Assembly (NCBI GenBank): GCA_900545015.1
Contig: UQXJ01000002.1
Coordinates: forward strand, 20,260 to 84,259
DNA from: an uncultured Mollicutes bacterium
Lineage (GTDB): Bacteria; Bacillota_I; Bacilli_A; RFN20; CAG-826
Direction of reading: 5' to 3'
Length of the DNA: 64,000 bases
This document shows positions 18,161 to 28,154 of the stretch, in pieces (the first letter of the stretch is position 1; every line of letters starts with the position of its first letter). Both the position numbers and the translations under genes were made by a program. Under the pieces are notes generated by a model. That model was not told where the DNA came from. It made no database searches and saw only the letters and a list, made by a program, of their open reading frames with translations.

Positions 18161-18780
18161 TTGCCATTTTTTAATTACTATTTAAATTTTAAAGCATCTA
18201 ATTATTTTTGTGATGCCTTTGTGTAAATGAAAAAAATTTTTGAACTTTAAATTAAAACTTGAGTAAATAAGTTGTTAAATATTTCACGAGAAAAAGTTCG
18301 TTTTTTATTTGTAAAAAAAGATGCATTAAAAAGTCAAAAAAATACCCTTATATATAATAAAGAAAGAGAACATAAAAAATGGATGAAAATCTTTTGAATT
18401 TTGGTGGATTAAATTGGATTAAAAGGGGATTTTATTTGCTTAAAATTTATAAGCGAAAATACTCTTGAAAAACAAGAGAAATTTCATTAAAAAATAGTTA
18501 AAAAAATCGGTCAAAAAACTTGAAGAAAAAAATGAGTAAAAAAAGCGTTAAAATTTTATTAATTTTTTTAACAAAAAATAACATCAATTTTTAATCATTT
18601 TTAATATCTAAATATATGATTATAATCGTATAATTTTAAAAAGGAAATGTAACAAAAAACACTTACAAAAATCAATTCAAAAAAATGTCAAAAAATTTTT
18701 GTTGTTTTTTGTAATATTTTTCTATATATTTTTGTCTCGTAGAAAGAACTTTACTTTCTAATTTTTGGAGGATTGATAAT

Positions 18781-20454
18781 ATGGAAAATAACTATATTAT
18801 TGAACTTAAAAATGTTAGTAGAATCTTCGATGATGAAACTATAGCAGTAGACAATTTTAATTTGTACGTTAGAAAAGGTGAATTTATTACTTTTCTAGGC
18901 CCTTCTGGATGTGGAAAATCAACTACTTTAAGAATGATTGCTGGTTTTGACTTCCCTTCAAAAGGAGAAATTTTATTAAATGGAAGAGACATTTCTAATC
19001 TCCCACCTAATAAAAGACCAATTAACATGGTATTTCAAAGATACGCATTGTTCCCTCATTTAGATGTTTATGACAACATCGCATTCGGACTTAAACTTAA
19101 AAGAATCCCTGTTCCTAAGAAAGATAAGGAAGGAAATCTTGTTTTAAAAGTCGACTTTAAGAGAATTAGAGAATTAAAAAGAGAATACAATATCATTAAG
19201 AGAAATAAGCATCTTGATGAAAATGAAAAAAATGCAAAATTAAATGAAATTCAAGAAAAGATTGATTATCTTAAAAATACACCAACACAAAGTTATTCAT
19301 ATGCAAGACTTAGTGCAAAAGCTATAGACGAAAAAGTAGCTAAAGCTTTAAAAATTGTTGATCTTGAAGCACTTGAAGATAGAGATATCTCAACATTAAG
19401 TGGTGGACAACAACAAAGAGTTGCAATTGCTCGTGCAATTGTCAACGAACCAGAAATTCTTTTGCTTGATGAGCCATTAGGAGCTCTCGATCTCAAGATG
19501 AGAAAAGATATGCAAATCGAATTAAAAGAAATGCATAACAAACTTGGCATTACATTTATTTATGTTACTCATGACCAAGAAGAAGCTTTAACAATGAGCG
19601 ACACAATTGTTGTTATGAAAGATGGTGTTATTCAACAAATTGGTACACCAAAATCAATTTATGATGAACCAAAGAATGCTTTCGTTGCCGACTTTATTGG
19701 TGAATCAAACATTTATAACGGAACAATTATCGGAGATAAGAAAGTAAGATTCTTAGATTATAACTTCAATTGTTTAGATTCATTCCCAACAAATGAAAAA
19801 GTTGATGTTGTTGTTAGACCAGAAGATGTTAAAATCGTTAGCGAAACTGAAGGGATGATTAAAGGTAAAATTGTAACTAAAATCTTTAAAGGCGTTAACT
19901 ACCAATACACAATTATGATTGGTAAAAACGAATTAATGCTTAAAAGTACAGTAAGTTATGATGTTGATGCACTTGTTAATTTAAGAATTGAGCCTGATGG
20001 AATTCATATTATGAAGAAAGACTTCACAATCAATTCTTATACTGATGCTTGGATTAATAAAAATAATGAAGTTATGATTGATGAAGCACCATTTGCATGT
20101 GATTTAACTCAATTATTACCTGGTTCAACAATCGATGAAGAAGGGTATTTAGTTTCTAAAGATGGCAAACATAAATATGATTTAAATGATGCTGATGTAA
20201 TTGCTGAAATTCCATTAGATAAAATCGATGTTGTCGATGATATCGCTAGTGATGAATGCCAAGCTATTGGTGAAATTATTGACTCAATTTATGTTGGTGA
20301 CCACTATAGATATATTTTAAGAACAGAAAGCGAAGAAGATTTCGTCTTTGATTCAACTTATTCTTATAACTTAAACGATAAAATCGGTGTTACAGTTAAA
20401 AAAGAAGATATTAAGTTACGTTTAAAGAAGGAAATAAACAACTATGAAATTTAG
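18781..20454 (+). CDS. potA: spermidine/putrescine ABC transporter ATP-binding protein, elongated form
   Basis: 557 aa with Walker A GPSGCGKST, signature LSGGQQQRVAIARA and Walker B LLLDEPLGALD. There is a ~80-aa Lys/Glu-rich insert between the Q-loop region and the signature, and a long C-terminal extension. Confidence 0.88.
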   Translation: MENNYIIELKNVSRIFDDETIAVDNFNLYVRKGEFITFLGPSGCGKSTTLRMIAGFDFPSKGEILLNGRDISNLPPNKRPINMVFQRYALFPHLDVYDNIAFGLKLKRIPVPKKDKEGNLVLKVDFKRIRELKREYNIIKRNKHLDENEKNAKLNEIQEKIDYLKNTPTQSYSYARLSAKAIDEKVAKALKIVDLEALEDRDISTLSGGQQQRVAIARAIVNEPEILLLDEPLGALDLKMRKDMQIELKEMHNKLGITFIYVTHDQEEALTMSDTIVVMKDGVIQQIGTPKSIYDEPKNAFVADFIGESNIYNGTIIGDKKVRFLDYNFNCLDSFPTNEKVDVVVRPEDVKIVSETEGMIKGKIVTKIFKGVNYQYTIMIGKNELMLKSTVSYDVDALVNLRIEPDGIHIMKKDFTINSYTDAWINKNNEVMIDEAPFACDLTQLLPGSTIDEEGYLVSKDGKHKYDLNDADVIAEIPLDKIDVVDDIASDECQAIGEIIDSIYVGDHYRYILRTESEEDFVFDSTYSYNLNDKIGVTVKKEDIKLRLKKEINNYEI

Positions 20455-21238
20455 ATTTCAAAGGAAGTATCTTTGTATTCCTTATGCTTTATTTCTAGTC
20501 TTATTTGTTATTATTCCTATCTTTTTTATAGTTTATTACGCATTTACTGACGGAAATGGCAATTTCAGTTTTGATTCTCTAGTAGAATTCTTTACAACAA
20601 CAAATAAAATTAATGTTTTGATCGAATCACTTTTATTTTCGACGATTAATACAATTATTTGTTTAATTATTGGCTATCCTGTTGCCTACATCTTAGCTAA
20701 TAAAAAATACAATACAAATTATGTTCTTGTTCTTTTATTCGTTATGCCTATGTGGATCAACTTCGTTTTAAGAACAGGTGCGACACGTGACGTTTTAACT
20801 TGGCTTGGATTTAATGGAGGAAGTGCTCCATATACAGCTACAATTATTGGTTTAGTTTATAACTATTTACCATTCGTTATTCTTCCTTTATACACAACAA
20901 TGCTTAAGCTTGATAAATCTCAAATCGAAGCTGCTATGGATTTAGGATGCAATAGAGTTCAAGTTTTTACAAGATCTATTATTCCTCAATCTGTTCCTGG
21001 AGTTGTTGCTGCGGCACAAATGGTTTTTATGCCAACAATGAGTAGCTACGTTATTCCAGAAACATTATCTGAAGGAAAAATCGTTTTATTTGGTAATTCT
21101 ATTTATTTAGGATTTGCTAATAACCAATGGAATTCTTCAAGCTTTATGGCAATCATTATGCTTGCTATTATTGCTATCTCAATGATTATCACTAAAAACT
21201 TCAGTGAAAAGAGTGAAGATAAGGAGGCAGCATGGTAA
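20444..21238 (+). CDS. potB: spermidine/putrescine ABC transporter permease
   Basis: 264 aa with 6 TM spans and an EAA-loop-like EAAMDLGCNRVQVFTRSIIP. It overlaps both potA and potC. Confidence 0.85.
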   Translation: MKFRFQRKYLCIPYALFLVLFVIIPIFFIVYYAFTDGNGNFSFDSLVEFFTTTNKINVLIESLLFSTINTIICLIIGYPVAYILANKKYNTNYVLVLLFVMPMWINFVLRTGATRDVLTWLGFNGGSAPYTATIIGLVYNYLPFVILPLYTTMLKLDKSQIEAAMDLGCNRVQVFTRSIIPQSVPGVVAAAQMVFMPTMSSYVIPETLSEGKIVLFGNSIYLGFANNQWNSSSFMAIIMLAIIAISMIITKNFSEKSEDKEAAW

Positions 21239-22092
21239 AGAAAATATTTGCATACTCATATATTTATTTAATTCTTTTATTGATGTATGTCCCAATTTTA
21301 GTTTTAATTGTTTTCTCATTTACAAACGCTACATATATTGGAACTTGGAATGGTTTTTCATTCGATTTATATGCAAAATTATTCCAAAGCGAAGAAATTA
21401 TGATAGCTCTTGGCAACACTGTTATTATTGCTGTCATTAGTGCATTATGCTCAACAGTTTTAGGTACACTTGGTGCAATCGGTGCATTCTATTCAAGAAG
21501 AAGAGCGAGAACTGCTCTTGAAAACATAAATCAAATTCCAGTTGTTAATGCTGAAATTGTTATGGCTCTTTCGTTAGTTGTTATGTTCGTCTTTATTGGA
21601 AACATTATTTTTAAAGGTGCTAACTTATTCTCATTCTGGACACTTTTAGTAGGACACATTGTAATTAGTGCTCCATTTGTTTATTTAAATGTTAAACCTA
21701 AATTACAACAAATGGATCCATCATTATATGAAGCTGCTCTTGATTTAGGATGTTCACCACGTCAAGCATTAAGACATGCAATTCTTCCTGAAATTGTTCC
21801 AGGTATCTTTAGTGGATTTATGCTTGCAATCACATTATCACTTGATGACTTCATCGTTACTGCTTTTACAAGAGGTAGTGGTTTATTATCAGGCGCAGGA
21901 AGCATTGAAACTTTATCAACGCTTGTTCAAGCTAAAATTAAAAAAGGACCAATTCCAGCAGAAATGCGTCCTTTAACAACAATCATATTCTTAATTGTTC
22001 TTCTTGTAGTTTTTGTTATTTCTTTAAATAGAAATAAAGGATCAAAATACAAAATGTCAAAGAGAAGAAAAATGAGAGAAAGGATGAATTAA
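21232..22092 (+). CDS. potC: spermidine/putrescine ABC transporter permease
   Basis: 286 aa with EAA-loop-like EAALDLGCSPRQALRHAILP. Confidence 0.85.
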   Translation: MVKKIFAYSYIYLILLLMYVPILVLIVFSFTNATYIGTWNGFSFDLYAKLFQSEEIMIALGNTVIIAVISALCSTVLGTLGAIGAFYSRRRARTALENINQIPVVNAEIVMALSLVVMFVFIGNIIFKGANLFSFWTLLVGHIVISAPFVYLNVKPKLQQMDPSLYEAALDLGCSPRQALRHAILPEIVPGIFSGFMLAITLSLDDFIVTAFTRGSGLLSGAGSIETLSTLVQAKIKKGPIPAEMRPLTTIIFLIVLLVVFVISLNRNKGSKYKMSKRRKMRERMN

Positions 22093-22093
22093 A

Positions 22094-23830
22094 ATGAAAT
22101 TTTATAAAAAAAGTTTATTTGTTTTATCTCTTTTAAGTTTATCCTTAGTTAATCTTTCAAGCTGCTCTTCTGCAAAAGGTGCATATGATGAAATTATTTA
22201 TGTTTTAAATGCAGAAGATTATATCGATGAATCTTTATTAGGAGCTTTTGAAGATGAAGTCCTTGAAAGAGATGGCAAGAAAATTAAAGTCGTTTATGAA
22301 ACATATGACACAAACGAAACAATGTATAACACTTTAAAAACAGGCAAACAAAATTATGATATTGCTTGCTGCAGTGACTACATGATACAAAGACTTGTAA
22401 GAGAAGGTATGGCTAAAAGCTTTATGCCTGCTTTAAATGATGGATTACTTGATAATTATAAAAATTTAGTTTCCCCATTCTTAGCAAGTTATACAGGCAA
22501 TAACGATGCAAAACTTAATAAAATTGATGTAAATGTCCCTGTTTACGATGAAAATGGAAATATTACAGATTATGAAGAAGGTCATTATCTTAATGAATAT
22601 GCAATTGGATACATGTGGGGTACATTAGGCATTATTTATAATCCTGAATTAATTCTTAAAAACAATAATGCTAATTTTAATAGTTACGAAGCAACAAAAG
22701 ATTTAAGCCACGAAGAAAGAATTCAATACATCATTGATGATATGTCTTCTTTAAATGGCTGGGATTCGTTATGGAATCCATTATATAAAGGTAATGCTTC
22801 TATTAAAGACAGTATGAGAGATACATATGCTGTTGGAATTATGAAACATTATAAAGATTATTTTGACCCTAATTCTTCTTTATATATCAAAGATTTTGAT
22901 GCAAGAAATGAACAATTTAATAAGTGTGATGATGAGACTATCAAAGCTGTTCAAGGTGAACTTATTAAGTTAAAAGACAATATCTTCGGCTTCGAAGTTG
23001 ATAGTGGAAAAGATGATATCGTCACTCAAAAAGTTGGAATTAATATTGCTTGGAGTGGTGATGCAGTCAATTCTATTGGAAGAGGCTACTTTGCAGATGA
23101 AGATTTCGAAGAAGTTCGTCCTGAAGATAAGCAAGTTAATTTATATTATTCAATTCCTAAATTAGGAGCTAACGTTTGGTTCGATGCATGGTTTTTACCA
23201 ACACACGAAGATTCATATTACGAAACAGATCAATATAAATATGCAATGGAATTCTTAGATTTCTTAAATGATCCTGAAAATGCTGTTGCTAATATGTCTT
23301 ACAACGGATATACAACATTTATGGGAAGCGATTCTGATGATTCAAGTGTTCTTGCTTATACATTAGATTCATACGATTTAAGTGATGGTGTTGATGAAGA
23401 AGACTTCTCACAATATGATTCATACGATTTAAGCTATTATTTCCCATTTGAAGCTACATCTGAACCTCTTAAAATAGAAGCTGGAGAAGGTGAAGATGCT
23501 CGTACATTTGAATTTTCAGATGAAAATGGCGATGGATACTATGACATTATCGTTCACACTGATTTAAATGCTTATGAAGGAAGAGCATTAATTGCACAAT
23601 ATCCTCAAACAAGTGATGTTGATTCTTTATATGTAATGAAAGATTTCGGAAACAAAAATAACGATATTGTTCAAATGTGGGAAAACGTAAAAGTTAATCC
23701 ATTACCTGCTTGGGTAGTTGTCACTTTATTAGTCTTCTTATTTGGTATAATTGGTTATTTTGGTTCTTACAAATTAATCAGGAAATATAAGCTAAAGAAG
23801 AGAAAAGAACTTAGAAAAGAAGAAAATTAA
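22094..23830 (+). CDS. potD: polyamine-binding lipoprotein PotD-like with extra C-terminal transmembrane anchor
   Basis: 578 aa. The signal peptide has lipobox LVNLSSC. It sits at the end of the potABC operon. The C-terminus PLPAWVVVTLLVFLFGIIGYFGSYKLIRKYKLKKRK is a TM span plus a basic tail. Confidence 0.75.
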   Translation: MKFYKKSLFVLSLLSLSLVNLSSCSSAKGAYDEIIYVLNAEDYIDESLLGAFEDEVLERDGKKIKVVYETYDTNETMYNTLKTGKQNYDIACCSDYMIQRLVREGMAKSFMPALNDGLLDNYKNLVSPFLASYTGNNDAKLNKIDVNVPVYDENGNITDYEEGHYLNEYAIGYMWGTLGIIYNPELILKNNNANFNSYEATKDLSHEERIQYIIDDMSSLNGWDSLWNPLYKGNASIKDSMRDTYAVGIMKHYKDYFDPNSSLYIKDFDARNEQFNKCDDETIKAVQGELIKLKDNIFGFEVDSGKDDIVTQKVGINIAWSGDAVNSIGRGYFADEDFEEVRPEDKQVNLYYSIPKLGANVWFDAWFLPTHEDSYYETDQYKYAMEFLDFLNDPENAVANMSYNGYTTFMGSDSDDSSVLAYTLDSYDLSDGVDEEDFSQYDSYDLSYYFPFEATSEPLKIEAGEGEDARTFEFSDENGDGYYDIIVHTDLNAYEGRALIAQYPQTSDVDSLYVMKDFGNKNNDIVQMWENVKVNPLPAWVVVTLLVFLFGIIGYFGSYKLIRKYKLKKRKELRKEEN

Positions 23831-23832
23831 TT

Positions 23833-24408
23833 ATGGTCGGTGCTTCAAATACTTTAAAAATATTTTTTCCAGGAAGAAGATATTCTTGTGATAGAAGTTT
23901 CCTCTATTTCCTTGATAAATATATTAGTGGGGATTCTATTTATTTAACTTATGATCATCCTAGAATGGTAGAAGATAAATTAACAATCGAAGAGGACTTT
24001 AAGAGAGCATACGCTTATGCAAAAGAGAAATTATCTAATATTGATTTTAAGAAATATGGAGAAATTATCTTTATTGCTAAAAGCTTAGGAACAGTTGTTG
24101 CTGGAAGATTAAGAAAAGAACTAGGATTAGAAAACAGAGTAAGATTTATTTGTTTAACTCCTATTAATGAAACACTTCCATATTTAACTCAAACTGACTT
24201 TATCATAACTAGTGAAAGTGATAAATATATTGATGTTTCTTCGCTTAAACAAAAAGAAAATATGTATCCATTTTTAACTATTTATAAAGATGTCCCACAC
24301 TCTCTAGAATTACCTAGCATGTATGAAACATTAAATTTCTTAAAGGTAAATTTGGATCTTGCACTAAATTATCTTGATACATCTTATAAAGATATATTGG
24401 ATGATTAA
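23833..24408 (+). CDS. alpha/beta-hydrolase-fold protein (small, uncharacterised)
   Basis: 191 aa with nucleophile-elbow-like IAKSLGT. It sits 2 nt after potD. Confidence 0.45.
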   Translation: MVGASNTLKIFFPGRRYSCDRSFLYFLDKYISGDSIYLTYDHPRMVEDKLTIEEDFKRAYAYAKEKLSNIDFKKYGEIIFIAKSLGTVVAGRLRKELGLENRVRFICLTPINETLPYLTQTDFIITSESDKYIDVSSLKQKENMYPFLTIYKDVPHSLELPSMYETLNFLKVNLDLALNYLDTSYKDILDD

Positions 24409-24587
24409 TTTAAAACATAATTGCAATTATTGAAAAAGTCTGCAATTTGCAGGCTTTTTCAATTAAAAAGTAGATTTTTAGCATATTTTTAGTGCTAAAT
24501 TAGTGATTTGGAGCTGATAAAAACATTCATTTTCTTATTGAAATATAGCCATTCTTTTGATATATTATTTAAGCACTAAAATTGTAT

Positions 24588-24662
24588 GCTTCCTTAGCCA
24601 AGTTGGTAAGGCAATTGACTGCAACTCAATGACCAGTGGTTCGAATCCGCTAGGAAGCTCCA
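24588..24662 (+). tRNA. tRNA-Cys (anticodon GCA), CCA encoded
   Basis: GCTTCCTTAGCCAAGTTGGTAAGGCAATTGACTGCAACTCAATGACCAGTGGTTCGAATCCGCTAGGAAGCTCCA. The anticodon loop is CUGCAAC and the discriminator is U73, as expected for Cys. Confidence 0.9.
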
Positions 24663-24698
24663 TTTTAGTTAATATATAGAGGAAATGATATATTTCTC

Positions 24699-24726
24699 TT
24701 GAAGTTGATTAATTTCTTGGTATAAT
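24699..24726 (+). promoter_or_regulatory. extended -10 promoter for tRNA-Pro
   Basis: TTGAAG (24699-24704), a 16-nt spacer ending in TGG, then TATAAT (24721-24726). It lies about 20 nt upstream of the tRNA. Confidence 0.55.
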
Positions 24727-24746
24727 ATCATTTGCTTGTTAAGGAA

Positions 24747-24823
24747 CGGGACGTAGCGTAGCTTGGTATCGCGTCTGCTTTGGGAGCAGAAGGCCGCTGG
24801 TTCAAATCCAGTCGTCCCGACCA
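24747..24823 (+). tRNA. tRNA-Pro (anticodon UGG), CCA encoded
   Basis: CGGGACGTAGCGTAGCTTGGTATCGCGTCTGCTTTGGGAGCAGAAGGCCGCTGGTTCAAATCCAGTCGTCCCGACCA. The anticodon loop is UUUGGGA. Confidence 0.9.
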
Positions 24824-24836
24824 TTATGCAAATTAG

Positions 24837-24863
24837 ATCTGATATTAATTATCAGATTTTTTT
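24837..24863 (+). terminator. rho-independent terminator after tRNA-Pro
   Basis: ATCTGATA-TTAAT-TATCAGAT followed by TTTTTTT. Confidence 0.7.
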
Positions 24864-24922
24864 ATATCTTTTTAAAATGCCAATCAAAGATAAGTTCTAG
24901 TAGGATTTTTGACTTTTATTTT

Positions 24923-25891
24923 ATGCATCAATATAATTTAAGCATGAACATAGAAATAAGTGTCATTGTGCCAATTCATGGTGTAGAAAAATATTTAGAA
25001 AAGTGTCTTGAGTCTCTTTTAAAACAAACTTTTAACAAGCCTTATGAAGTTATTTGCGTAATTGATAATTGCGATGACGAAAGCGAAAAGATTGTTGATA
25101 GATTTATAGAAATTAATTCTAATGTTTTTAATAAGAAAATTGTCATAAATAAAAATGTATCTGACACTAGAAACGATGGACTTTCAATTGCTAGAGGGAA
25201 ATACATTGCTTTTGTTGATGGGGATGATTCTGTTAAAGAAGAATATTTATCAAAACTATATGATGCCATCTCGGCTAAAGATTTAGAAATTGCGTGTTGC
25301 AATTTCTTATGCCTAAACGAGAAGAATAATAAGGTTTATAAAGAATTTACTTCTTTATTTGCTTATAAAAATGATAAATCGATTAAAAAAGTAAAAAAAT
25401 CTTTTGCTTTTGATATACGAGTTAGATCTTTTGTTTGGAATAAAATTTATAAAAAGCAATTTTTAATAGAAAATAATATAAGTTTTCAAAAGCTTATAAT
25501 GCCTTTTGAAGATTTTATATTTAATTTTTTGTGTTTCTTTAAAACTAAGAAAGATGTAGGCTTTACAAAATGTAGAGAATATTTATATTTGCAAAGAGAA
25601 GGTTCTTATACAAAAAATGAAAATCAACTTAAGATTCTTGATGCTTTAATTAATTCGATTTCTTTTATTAAAGGCTATGAATTATTAAAAGAAGAAAAGT
25701 TTCCTTATCTATTTTTTTATTACTCAAAGTTGTTTCTTCTTAAATATACTTTATTTGTTAATAAAGAAATGATTGAAGATTATAACAAAGCAAGAAAACA
25801 ATATATTTCAAAATTTAAATTCATTAAAAATGCAAAATCAATTGATGATATTGAAGTAGAAGTAGTTAATTATTTAAAGTCACATTTGTAA
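24923..25891 (+). CDS. family 2 glycosyltransferase
   Basis: 322 aa with ISVIVPIHGVEKYLEKCLESLLKQTF and a DxD motif in FVDGDD. The alternative start ATG at 24944 is equally possible. Confidence 0.85.
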   Translation: MHQYNLSMNIEISVIVPIHGVEKYLEKCLESLLKQTFNKPYEVICVIDNCDDESEKIVDRFIEINSNVFNKKIVINKNVSDTRNDGLSIARGKYIAFVDGDDSVKEEYLSKLYDAISAKDLEIACCNFLCLNEKNNKVYKEFTSLFAYKNDKSIKKVKKSFAFDIRVRSFVWNKIYKKQFLIENNISFQKLIMPFEDFIFNFLCFFKTKKDVGFTKCREYLYLQREGSYTKNENQLKILDALINSISFIKGYELLKEEKFPYLFFYYSKLFLLKYTLFVNKEMIEDYNKARKQYISKFKFIKNAKSIDDIEVEVVNYLKSHL

Positions 25892-26068
25892 AGAAAATCT
25901 TTAAAAATTTAAGGTTAAATATATAAAATTTTGGTTAAAAAATAGAGTTTTAGCAGTGTTTTAGTATATTTCTAGTAGATATTCAGTATGAAAAAGGACA
26001 AAAATAATCGAAAGAATTTTTCTTATTTTTTAGTACATAGGTCTTAGCAATGTGCTAAAATATTTATT

Positions 26069-27031
26069 ATGATAACAATATTTAAAGAGAATGGAAAAGC
26101 GCTTGTAAAAGAAGAATATGACACACTAGAAGGTGTGACTTTAGAACCTGGTTCTTGGATTCATCTTGATAATCCGACAGCAGAAATTTTAAATCAAGTT
26201 GCCAAGTTAACTGAAATAAACAATGATATGTTAATGGCTACACTTGATGATGAAGAAAGCGCTCGTATTGATACTGATGATGGCTGCACATTAATAGTTT
26301 TAGATACGCCTTATGTCGAAGATGTTGAAAAAGGAATTTATACAACTGCTCCTTTTGTTATCGCATATAATAGAAGTTACTATGTAACTGCAAGCAAGCA
26401 TAATTTTGAATTAATGAGTGAACTTTTTAAAAGGGTAAAATTAATCGAGCCTCATAAGCATGTTCGCATGACATTAAATTTTGTCTATAGACTTGCAACT
26501 TTATTTATTAATTATCTTAAAAAGATTGATGTTAATACAAAAGACATTGAATTTAAATTACGTGATTCAATGAAAAATAAAGAATTATTCTCTCTTATGG
26601 ATATAAATAAGACTTTAGTTTATTTTTCTACAGCTTTAAATGCTGATAAAGGTATTCTTTCTAAATTACTTAGATCACAAAATTATAAAAAATATGAAAG
26701 TGATTTTGATTTAATGGAAGATGCAGAAGTTGAAATAAACCAAGCTATTGAAATGTGTTCTATTTATAGAGAAATTCTTGTAGGAATGATGGGTGCTTTT
26801 GGTAGTGTTATTTCAAATAACTTAAATATTGTTATGAAGACACTTGCTATCGTTACAATTGTTCTTTCTATTCCAACTCTTATTGCTTCAATTTATGGAA
26901 TGAATGTTGAAAACTTACCACTTGCGCATAATCCTTATGGATTCTACATCTTATTAGCTGTTTCTATCGTTTGCGCTTTAGTTGGTGCGATTTGTATTTT
27001 ATTTATTTCTAATAAAAGTAGAAAAGATTAA
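26069..27031 (+). CDS. corA: CorA-family magnesium/cobalt transporter
   Basis: 320 aa with the YGMNVENLP (GMN) motif between two C-terminal TM spans. Confidence 0.88.
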   Translation: MITIFKENGKALVKEEYDTLEGVTLEPGSWIHLDNPTAEILNQVAKLTEINNDMLMATLDDEESARIDTDDGCTLIVLDTPYVEDVEKGIYTTAPFVIAYNRSYYVTASKHNFELMSELFKRVKLIEPHKHVRMTLNFVYRLATLFINYLKKIDVNTKDIEFKLRDSMKNKELFSLMDINKTLVYFSTALNADKGILSKLLRSQNYKKYESDFDLMEDAEVEINQAIEMCSIYREILVGMMGAFGSVISNNLNIVMKTLAIVTIVLSIPTLIASIYGMNVENLPLAHNPYGFYILLAVSIVCALVGAICILFISNKSRKD

Positions 27032-28107
27032 TGAATTAAATTTTTAATATTTTCATCACTTAATAACTTTATGAGGTCATCTTCACTCGAGATGACTTTT
27101 TCTTTTATTAATGAATAAAAATAATTGTAGATTTTATCTTCATTATTTTTAATCTTTTTATAATCTTTTTCTGTATAGCCTAAAAAATATTCTTCAATCA
27201 AAGAAAGTAGATATCTTCTAATTAACGCAATAATTTCTTTTTCAATCCAATAAAGGTAAGTGATGTTTTTATTCTCAATTTGCTTCATCTTTATATAAAG
27301 AGGAAGAGCGTCAAATGGATTATGATATAAATCACAATAAACAAAATCTATATCTTTAAGATTTTCATTTTTATTTATATATTCAATTGCATCATCTTTT
27401 ATAATTTTAATCTTTTCTTTATTTTTAAATTGAGGAAAAAGGAACTTGCTAAAAATATCGATGATATTTTCATCTTTTTCAACGATTAAAATTTTATTAA
27501 CATCATTTTTGTTGCTTAACATATAAGCAATATAACCAAGTCCTAAGCCTTGAACGATAATATTTCCTTTCATTTTATTAATATCGTTTTTCATTGTATT
27601 AATTTCATGTGGAGTAATTGACATCCAAGTAATGTTGTTTTTAATGATTTCAATGTAAGGAAATTTATCTATAAAATAACCTAATGAATTTGTTTCTTTA
27701 TAGTATTTTTTATCATCAACTTTTATTGAATCAACCAAATTAACTTCATATGGTCTATAAAAAGATGATTTAAGAATATAATCTTTATATTTAATAGGAT
27801 TAGCAATTTTTATATTTTGAAAATATGGATTGTTTTTATATTCGTTAATATCTAATTCCTTTATATCTTTTAAATTATATGATTTTGCTAAATGGATAAA
27901 ATCATTATCTTCAGGATCGATTTCAAGAAGTTCAAGCATTGAAAAATAAATAGGAGAATCTGTTTCTTTATATTTTTCTACTAAATTTTTATCAATTGAA
28001 GTACGAAAATTTTCTAAAAATTCATTGATAATGTTATCAACTAAAATATTTGTTTCTTTTGTTTCAAGATATTTATCAACTATTGATTTCTTTAATTTTA
28101 CTTCCAT
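27028..28107 (-). CDS. hypothetical protein with spermidine-synthase-like / class I SAM-methyltransferase-like C-terminal half
   Basis: 359 aa. IIVQGLGLGYIAYML...ILIVEKDENIIDIF...IKDDAIEYI...FVYCDLY resembles the glycine-rich loop plus acidic-strand pattern of that fold. This is a weak call. Confidence 0.35.
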   Translation of the reverse strand: MEVKLKKSIVDKYLETKETNILVDNIINEFLENFRTSIDKNLVEKYKETDSPIYFSMLELLEIDPEDNDFIHLAKSYNLKDIKELDINEYKNNPYFQNIKIANPIKYKDYILKSSFYRPYEVNLVDSIKVDDKKYYKETNSLGYFIDKFPYIEIIKNNITWMSITPHEINTMKNDINKMKGNIIVQGLGLGYIAYMLSNKNDVNKILIVEKDENIIDIFSKFLFPQFKNKEKIKIIKDDAIEYINKNENLKDIDFVYCDLYHNPFDALPLYIKMKQIENKNITYLYWIEKEIIALIRRYLLSLIEEYFLGYTEKDYKKIKNNEDKIYNYFYSLIKEKVISSEDDLIKLLSDENIKNLIH

Positions 28108-28154
28108 AATTTAATCCTTTTAAACAATGAGAATTATATATAAAATATTGGAGT

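Noticed and set aside
21204-21976. Track ORFs 21204-21440 and 21776-21976 on the plus strand
   Set aside because: They are out-of-frame overlaps of potB/potC. The pot frames carry the ABC permease EAA-loop motifs and these do not.
26044-26058. Inverted repeat TTAGCA-ATG-TGCTAA before corA and scattered TTTTAGCA strings (6824, 24478, 25955)
   Set aside because: These are short, AT-rich and variable in spacing and orientation. I cannot distinguish them from chance without genome-wide statistics.
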